Shown here: piece after piece, positions 57,746 to 64,000 of the stretch
How the letters are laid out: each line of letters begins with the position of its first letter
Numbering within the stretch: position 1 is the first letter of the stretch
IMG/VR virus record: IMGVR_UViG_3300042398_000319
Coordinates: 12,947 to 76,946 of that record
DNA: 64,000 nucleotides
From: a virus
Direction: 5' to 3' (one strand)
Made by a program: the position numbers and the translations under genes
Notes under the pieces: generated by a model
The model's database searches: none
Told to the model about the DNA's origin: nothing
What the model saw: only the letters and a program-made list of their open reading frames with translations

Positions 57746-57793
57746 AGCCCTAAGATGGCCTCTAATACTGAGGATTCATTTTAGGGCTTTTTT
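57746..57793 (+). terminator. Terminator-like hairpin before the tape measure gene
   Basis: AGCCCTAAGATG...CATTTTAGGGCT-TTTTT. Confidence 0.6.
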
Positions 57794-57810
57794 ATTATGG
57801 AGAACAAAAT

Positions 57811-60800
57811 ATGTCAGTAGAAATTAAAGTCACGGCAGACACGAGAAAGGCATCTGACGACATAAATAGGCTAAGAGGCTTATTGAAAAAAGTACAAGAT
57901 GAAGCCATTAAGAATAACAAAAAGGCAAAGATATTAGATGTAGATATTGAGCAATCAAAGCTTACTAACTTAAACAAAACAGTACAAAGTTTAACATCTA
58001 AATTACAAAGAAATTCACAATATAAATTGTTTGATGCAAAAGCGTTAGAGACTAGCGTTACTCAAACAGATCAAATAAATAAAAATCTTAGCAGCATTAA
58101 TAATTCTGCTTTGAAAGTTGGTAATACCCTTAAGTCAGCTTTTGCCGTAGCGACAGTAGGTGTATTCGGAAGCTCTTTGCTAAAGACAGCTCAACAGTTT
58201 GATGGGTTAAGAACTAGATTGAATGTCGCAACAGGCTCAATTATAAGGGCACAAAAGGCTTTCTCTGACATCCAAAGATTTGCGGCAGAGACTAAATTTA
58301 GTGTAGATGCACTAACTGACTCATATGCAAGACTAGCCAACACTGGTAGTGATTTACTAAACTCAAACACTAAAGTGTTGAATGGTTTAGAAGCTATTGC
58401 AAATGCTATTACTGCGGTGGGTGGTGGAGATTATGAGATCCAACGAGTAGCAGAAGCGTTTGCTCGTATGGCAGCTGAAGGTCGTGTTACATATGAACGC
58501 CTAGAGCCATTAACCACAGCAGGTATCAGCTTGCAAAGGATCGCTGCGGCATCTGGAAAATCCTGGTCTGAATGGACAAGGGTTATGGGTGAAGGTAACT
58601 TGACCTTTGACGAGGTTTATACTGCTTTCTATAAGCTTACAACAACCACTAAAGAATTTGGTGGACTTGCTAGAAAACAAACAAATAGCCTTTCTGGAGC
58701 GTTCTCAAATCTTGGGGACTCAATAAAGAACTTACAAGACATTGTTGTAAACAGCACTGGTTTAAAGAAAGTTATTATTAGTGTTGTAAATTCAATTACA
58801 TCAGGTATAAAGTCAATAACTAACTTTATCGAATATGATTTGAATAGGTCAATAAGACAATTTAGATTGTTTATGTTAGATCTAGATATTGCACTGACTT
58901 CAGGTAGCAAATCTATATCAGACTTTATTAATAAAGCAAAAAGTTTAGATGTTAAGAGTTTCTTACCAGACTTAAGCAAGTACTCATTAAATTTAAACGA
59001 CTATCTACCTAAACTGAATACTGTACAAGAAAAGATTGCAGACTTTGGTAAGTTTGTTATCAAAGTATTTTATAATATCTGGGATGTGATTGTAGGAAAT
59101 TCTTATTGGCCAGACACAATCGAAGGTATTGCAAACTGGGCTAATAGGCTTTATGGAATGGCTTCCCCAGGTATTGATAAATTTGCTAATTATGCAAAAG
59201 ATGTATTTGAAGATCTCAGGAATGTATTTAGTCTATGGCAAGATAAAATCTCAATAGAAATTGAATACATTCAGGATGTAGGTGCATTACAGTATATCAA
59301 AGAATTATTTGAAGATATTGTCACTGCAGTAAAGAATTTAGGTAACTCAGGTTTAGAGGCTGCAGCTAAAATTATTGATTATTCTTTTGACTCAATTGGT
59401 AGAGGAATTAAGAGACTTAGTGAATTCTCTAAATCAGCCAGTGGAGAAGTGTTTAATCAATTTGCAGATGCAATGTCAAAGCTCCTGGGTGTATTTATTC
59501 CTGGTCTTAGGGAGATGCCACAGCTAGCAGCTAAACTTCAGGCTGCATTAGCTAAGATGGATGCATCTAAATTTGATGTGTCCTTTAAAGAATTTAAATT
59601 AGACGTTCAACAAAAGTTTAATGCTATATCAACTAGGACTCTAGAGGAAAACTTAGCAATAACAGTTGAAAATACGCTTGCATTGTTAGACAAGGGTCTT
59701 GCTAATACAGAAACATTTAATAAAGGTTTTACTAGTATCGGTGAAACATTCGGTCGTATTATTCGTAGAGCTACAACAGATAACCTAAAGACTACATTCC
59801 AAGAAGATTTACAAGATATTATTATTGCAGCATTCTTAGTTGCTTTTAATAAAGGATTTAGACAAATTGCAGTTGCAACCTTAATATTTAAGATTGCATT
59901 TGGTGAAGATGCAAGCTTTGTTGATGGACTAAATAGTATTAAGAAGCAAATTACCGACTTTGGTAATTCAATACTTAAAGGATTAGGTATTGAAGGCTTT
60001 ATGCCTAGCTCTGGTGGATTTATTGTAGGTTTATTATTTGGTGCTGCGGCTTTAGGTATTGCCTCCGGAAAGATGATGGCTCTAGTTGGGGTTGTTAGTA
60101 AAGAACTTTTAAACTTCTTTATTCTGAAAAAGATTTTCGGAAATGACCAACAAGCAGCCGCAACCCCAGGAGCACAAGCTGCTGGTAGTACTATGGGTAA
60201 AGCATTTAAAATTGGATTTTCTGCAGTTGCAGGTATTGCTGCTTTATTTATTGGCTCCCATCTAGCAGATGCTATTGCAGAATCACTTGGTGTTGAAAAT
60301 ACCTTTTATCATTTAGGTCTTACTGCAGGTGCTATCTTCTTGACAGGTTGGGTAATAACCGCTAGTGCTAGTGCCTTTGGTACATGGGCAGCTACAGTGG
60401 CTGGACCTGCTATTATTATGGGCTTAAAGAGATTAGCCATAGCTGCGGTGTTCTCTGCATCTATGTTCCCCGCTGGTGCTGCTATCATCTCTGCTGTTGG
60501 AACTATGGTTGCTGCTATTGCAGCGGCTTTTACTTTACCTGTATTACTAACCGCATTAGGTATTGCCGCAGGTAGTTCAATTATTTACTATGCATTATTC
60601 GGTGATAAGGATGCAAAGGGTATTGAAGGTAGAGTTACTAGATTTGCATATTGGCTTGGGGATACTTTTAAGGCCATGACTATGACACTAGGAAATATTG
60701 CGGGAACTATCTTTGATTCTATTATAAATGGAATAAAGAATGGTTTTGGTTATATCTTTGATAGAGCAAAAGATTTAAAGAATTTCTTATTTGATAAATC

Positions 60801-63800
60801 TTTTAAACAACCTAAGGCAGAGATAAATCCACAACAGCGGAGAGCTAATGGTGGGCGTATTAGTGGCCCAGGAACTGGTAGATCTGATTCTATTATGGCT
60901 CGCTTGTCTAATGGTGAGTTTGTAGTCAATGCTAAAGCAACTTCTGAAAACCTTCCTTTGTTGCAACAAATTAACAGAGGAATGCCCGCCTTTAAATTAG
61001 GTGGACTAGTTGATGTAGACTTTCTACGAAGAGAAGAGAATGGTCCTTCTGGAAAGCCAATAACTAAAGGTTATATCCCTAAGAAAGGAAGTACTTCTGG
61101 TGTAACTATTGCTACTGGACTGGACTTGGGCCAACAAAACTTAGGTTCACTAAGAGACATGGATATCTCTCCTTCTTTAAGAATTAAGTTCTTACCGTAT
61201 TTAGGTAAAAAGGGTAAAGAAGCCGCTAATATACTGGCTAGAAAGCCTTTAGAAATAACTGCAGAAGAAGCTAGAGATACAGAAGAGAAGACTATTGAGA
61301 AATATGTTGAGTATACTCAAAATCAATTTAGGGAAATTTCTAAAAAGGTTAAAGGCCCTTCGTTTGAAGGTTTACCAAAACCAGTAAGAACTGCCTTATT
61401 CTCAACAGTATTCCATAAAGGCAATATTACAAAGAATGAAGGATACTCTGCTGCTTTAGCCTCTGCTAGAGGAGATTTTGCTTTAGCTGCAAAAGTCTAT
61501 GAGGATTGGGCAAAGGCTGATAAGAAAGGTTTTGGCGGAAGGAGAGCTAGAGAAGCTGCATTGTTTAGATCAGCCATTCCTAATAATATTATTGATAAAA
61601 ATAACAATTTACCAGCTATTAAGGAAATAGAAAAGAAAAAGGAAGAAATACAAAAGCAAGAACCAAAAGGCTTTTTAGAGAGATGGTTTGAGCCTCTATT
61701 TACTTCTGGATTGTTTACTGATAAGACATTAAATGTAATAGATAAAGTAACAGAAGGTCAAGAGTCAGCTATTGCATCTATGATCAATAAAGAAATGTTA
61801 TTTGGAAATAAACCACTTAGCATTAGAACGGGTGAAATACAGTCCTCTATAACCAATGATATAGGCGAACTGTATAAGCTTGATATAGACCCAATTGCTA
61901 TACTACAAAATGTTGGTAAACCTAAACCCACTAAGAGAAGAAAACCTAAGTCTGTAGCCCCTGCTAAAACTATGGTAGGAAGGATTGGTGGTTTACCCAA
62001 GTATGCTGATGGAACAGAAGAACCTATTAATCCACAAGCGCCAGATCTTGGTCTTAAGATTGGTGAGCTTAATGGAAGTAGATATTTAAGAAATGATGCC
62101 CTATTTAATTCTTTAACTCCTGATCAAAAATTAATAGCACATTCCAAAGAGCTAAATCAAGCTCTTATGAAAGAATTGACACATAATGTTAAGGTTAATT
62201 TAAATGATTACTTTGGAGCAAATGAAGACGCAATAACCACAGGTAGTGCAATTGCCAAAGGTGCCTTAAATGGTGCTAAGGTAGACCTATTTGGAGGTAA
62301 ATTAAGTGGTAGAGTATCTAAAAATGGAGTCTATGTAAAGTTTGTTAAATCATTTGCAGATGGTGGTCAGATAACTGGCCCAGGCACAGGTCGCTCAGAC
62401 TCTATACTTGCAAGGTTATCCAATGGCGAATTTGTAGTTAATGCAGAAGCAACTAGGAAAAATCTTCCACTATTACAATCTATGAATAGTGGTTCAATTC
62501 CTGGATTTGCAGATGGAACTAAAAAGCCTGTTGGCAAATCAAATGCTGTATTTGCTCAGATTGATCCTACTAGAGATGTTCAGGAAATTGAAATTAAAGG
62601 CAATAAGATAAAAATCAATTTGGCTGAATTTTTTGATGTATTAGAAGATCTCAAAAAGAACAATAAATCTGTTGCAGAGAGCACAGGAGCCCTTGCTGAA
62701 GGATTAAAGAAATCAGCAGGTACTTTAGATGCTGGATTTGCTAAAACTGCAATTGCACAAAACAGATTACGTGCTGAGGCTTTAGATTTAGTTTCTGACC
62801 CAGAAATCTTTAGTGGTTTATCAGAGTTGGCTTCTAAAAGAATAGCTTTTAAAAAGAGCAATATAGCTAGTAATTCAATTCAAGGTATTAGTAATGAGAC
62901 CATTGGAGCTATTAGTTCAATACTTAAGGAGATAGAGCCTAGCTTTAAAACAATTGAGCCTCAAGTATTCACTAAAAATCTAGTAGATAGCTTAAGGGCA
63001 AACCAAAGATCAACTAAGGATATTGACTCATTATTTAAAGAGATACTTGGATTGCAAGGCAGAAAGACTCAGCCAGGAAGAACTCCTGAACAAATAGAAT
63101 CAATTGAGTCTCAGCTAAAAACATCTATCGATAAACTTCAAATTGAAATTGCTAAAATTACTCCTGATTTTGAAGTTGCAAGAAGCAATGAACCTGTATT
63201 TAGCCCTCAAGCAAAAACATTAGGTAAGACTCAATCATCTGCCTTCATAGGTGACTTTAATACTGGATTATCACAGTTCCTTAAGGGTGAAAAGTCTGGA
63301 AAAGAATTTGGAGATATTTTAAAGAATCAGTTTACAAGTCGTATTGTTGATAACTTTGCAACGGGTATAACTAGTAAGCTATTTACTGAATCTACATTTT
63401 CAAATTTATTTGCGGGCTCAGCCAACCTAGGTGAAAATTTTGGTTCTATATTAAGACCTGCTAAAGAAATTCCAGTTAACTTAGGAGAATCAGAAGTAAT
63501 TGATAAGCTATTTACTGGTGAAGGTATTGCTGGTTTATTTGGTGGCGGAACTAAAGGCCCAGTACCAGTTACTGTAGTACCGGGACCTGCTAGTATATTT
63601 AAGCCTGGTGCAAGCGGTGGATTATTCGATGGTATTGGGGATAAGTTAAAAGGCTTCGGAAGTGGTCTCAGTGACTTCTTTAGTAAAGGCTTTTCTGGAT
63701 TTGGCTCACTATTTAGTTCGTTTCCAGCATTTGCAGAAGGTGGTGCTATTCCTGGAAACATGGGTAGTGCAACACCAGTCCTTGCTCATGCAGGAGAAAT

Positions 63801-63981
63801 TATTTTGAATGAGGCACAACAAGCTAGAGTAGCTGCTGCTATGAATAACTCAAATCAACAAGTAGTTAACGTAAATATTACAGGCGATATTAGTCGTCAA
63901 ACAAAATCGGAAATTTATAGAATGCTCCCATCTATTGCTGAGGGGGTTAACTCCCACAATAGAGAGAAAGGATTAAGGTAA
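57811..63981 (+). CDS. Tape measure protein with internal pesticin-like muramidase domain
   Basis: 2056 aa; N-terminal tape-measure region; hydrophobic Ala/Gly stretch; GYIP...SGVTIATGLDLGQ; two GPGTGRSDSI.ARLSNGEFVVNA repeats. Confidence 0.92.
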   Translation: MSVEIKVTADTRKASDDINRLRGLLKKVQDEAIKNNKKAKILDVDIEQSKLTNLNKTVQSLTSKLQRNSQYKLFDAKALETSVTQTDQINKNLSSINNSALKVGNTLKSAFAVATVGVFGSSLLKTAQQFDGLRTRLNVATGSIIRAQKAFSDIQRFAAETKFSVDALTDSYARLANTGSDLLNSNTKVLNGLEAIANAITAVGGGDYEIQRVAEAFARMAAEGRVTYERLEPLTTAGISLQRIAAASGKSWSEWTRVMGEGNLTFDEVYTAFYKLTTTTKEFGGLARKQTNSLSGAFSNLGDSIKNLQDIVVNSTGLKKVIISVVNSITSGIKSITNFIEYDLNRSIRQFRLFMLDLDIALTSGSKSISDFINKAKSLDVKSFLPDLSKYSLNLNDYLPKLNTVQEKIADFGKFVIKVFYNIWDVIVGNSYWPDTIEGIANWANRLYGMASPGIDKFANYAKDVFEDLRNVFSLWQDKISIEIEYIQDVGALQYIKELFEDIVTAVKNLGNSGLEAAAKIIDYSFDSIGRGIKRLSEFSKSASGEVFNQFADAMSKLLGVFIPGLREMPQLAAKLQAALAKMDASKFDVSFKEFKLDVQQKFNAISTRTLEENLAITVENTLALLDKGLANTETFNKGFTSIGETFGRIIRRATTDNLKTTFQEDLQDIIIAAFLVAFNKGFRQIAVATLIFKIAFGEDASFVDGLNSIKKQITDFGNSILKGLGIEGFMPSSGGFIVGLLFGAAALGIASGKMMALVGVVSKELLNFFILKKIFGNDQQAAATPGAQAAGSTMGKAFKIGFSAVAGIAALFIGSHLADAIAESLGVENTFYHLGLTAGAIFLTGWVITASASAFGTWAATVAGPAIIMGLKRLAIAAVFSASMFPAGAAIISAVGTMVAAIAAAFTLPVLLTALGIAAGSSIIYYALFGDKDAKGIEGRVTRFAYWLGDTFKAMTMTLGNIAGTIFDSIINGIKNGFGYIFDRAKDLKNFLFDKSFKQPKAEINPQQRRANGGRISGPGTGRSDSIMARLSNGEFVVNAKATSENLPLLQQINRGMPAFKLGGLVDVDFLRREENGPSGKPITKGYIPKKGSTSGVTIATGLDLGQQNLGSLRDMDISPSLRIKFLPYLGKKGKEAANILARKPLEITAEEARDTEEKTIEKYVEYTQNQFREISKKVKGPSFEGLPKPVRTALFSTVFHKGNITKNEGYSAALASARGDFALAAKVYEDWAKADKKGFGGRRAREAALFRSAIPNNIIDKNNNLPAIKEIEKKKEEIQKQEPKGFLERWFEPLFTSGLFTDKTLNVIDKVTEGQESAIASMINKEMLFGNKPLSIRTGEIQSSITNDIGELYKLDIDPIAILQNVGKPKPTKRRKPKSVAPAKTMVGRIGGLPKYADGTEEPINPQAPDLGLKIGELNGSRYLRNDALFNSLTPDQKLIAHSKELNQALMKELTHNVKVNLNDYFGANEDAITTGSAIAKGALNGAKVDLFGGKLSGRVSKNGVYVKFVKSFADGGQITGPGTGRSDSILARLSNGEFVVNAEATRKNLPLLQSMNSGSIPGFADGTKKPVGKSNAVFAQIDPTRDVQEIEIKGNKIKINLAEFFDVLEDLKKNNKSVAESTGALAEGLKKSAGTLDAGFAKTAIAQNRLRAEALDLVSDPEIFSGLSELASKRIAFKKSNIASNSIQGISNETIGAISSILKEIEPSFKTIEPQVFTKNLVDSLRANQRSTKDIDSLFKEILGLQGRKTQPGRTPEQIESIESQLKTSIDKLQIEIAKITPDFEVARSNEPVFSPQAKTLGKTQSSAFIGDFNTGLSQFLKGEKSGKEFGDILKNQFTSRIVDNFATGITSKLFTESTFSNLFAGSANLGENFGSILRPAKEIPVNLGESEVIDKLFTGEGIAGLFGGGTKGPVPVTVVPGPASIFKPGASGGLFDGIGDKLKGFGSGLSDFFSKGFSGFGSLFSSFPAFAEGGAIPGNMGSATPVLAHAGEIILNEAQQARVAAAMNNSNQQVVNVNITGDISRQTKSEIYRMLPSIAEGVNSHNREKGLR

Positions 63982-64000
63982 AATTATGTATGGTATCTAT

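Noticed and set aside
1041-63761. Minus-strand ORFs and alternate-frame ORFs nested in long genes (e.g. 44040-44420, 53502-53831, 63327-63761, 3144-3542)
   Set aside because: They are shadows of well-supported + strand genes, with no motifs or RBS.

Overview
AT-rich segment of a tailed dsDNA phage genome with a siphovirus-type head and tail module. All convincing genes are on the + strand. Spanins indicate a Gram-negative host. No integrase, repressor, CRISPR array or reverse transcriptase was seen. Gene order: two large modular tail fibres, each with a C-terminal S74 chaperone and a small partner gene (1-10.8 kb); a terminator and a putative early region containing a 42-bp duplicated promoter-like element, a hammerhead ribozyme and pseudoknots (10.9-13.3 kb); a T7-like single-subunit RNA polymerase (RNAP-1); a T7-like replication and nucleotide-metabolism block (SSB, PolA, exonuclease, primase-helicase, NrdA-glutaredoxin, NrdB, dCMP deaminase, DenV-like glycosylase, ClpP; 15.6-29.7 kb); many small ORFs (30-39 kb); then terminase, a tRNA-like element, lysis genes, PhoH, portal, head and tail genes and a tape measure protein. 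The standout feature is the gene between portal and scaffold (48329-52750). It fuses a MuF/SPP1-gp7 minor head domain to a second T7-family RNA polymerase that retains the catalytic motifs. Two distinct repeated promoter-like motifs are also present. Together these suggest a two-polymerase cascade in which a capsid-loaded MuF-RNAP transcribes early genes and RNAP-1 transcribes middle and late genes. That functional model is inference. All calls come from reading motifs by eye; no searches were run.
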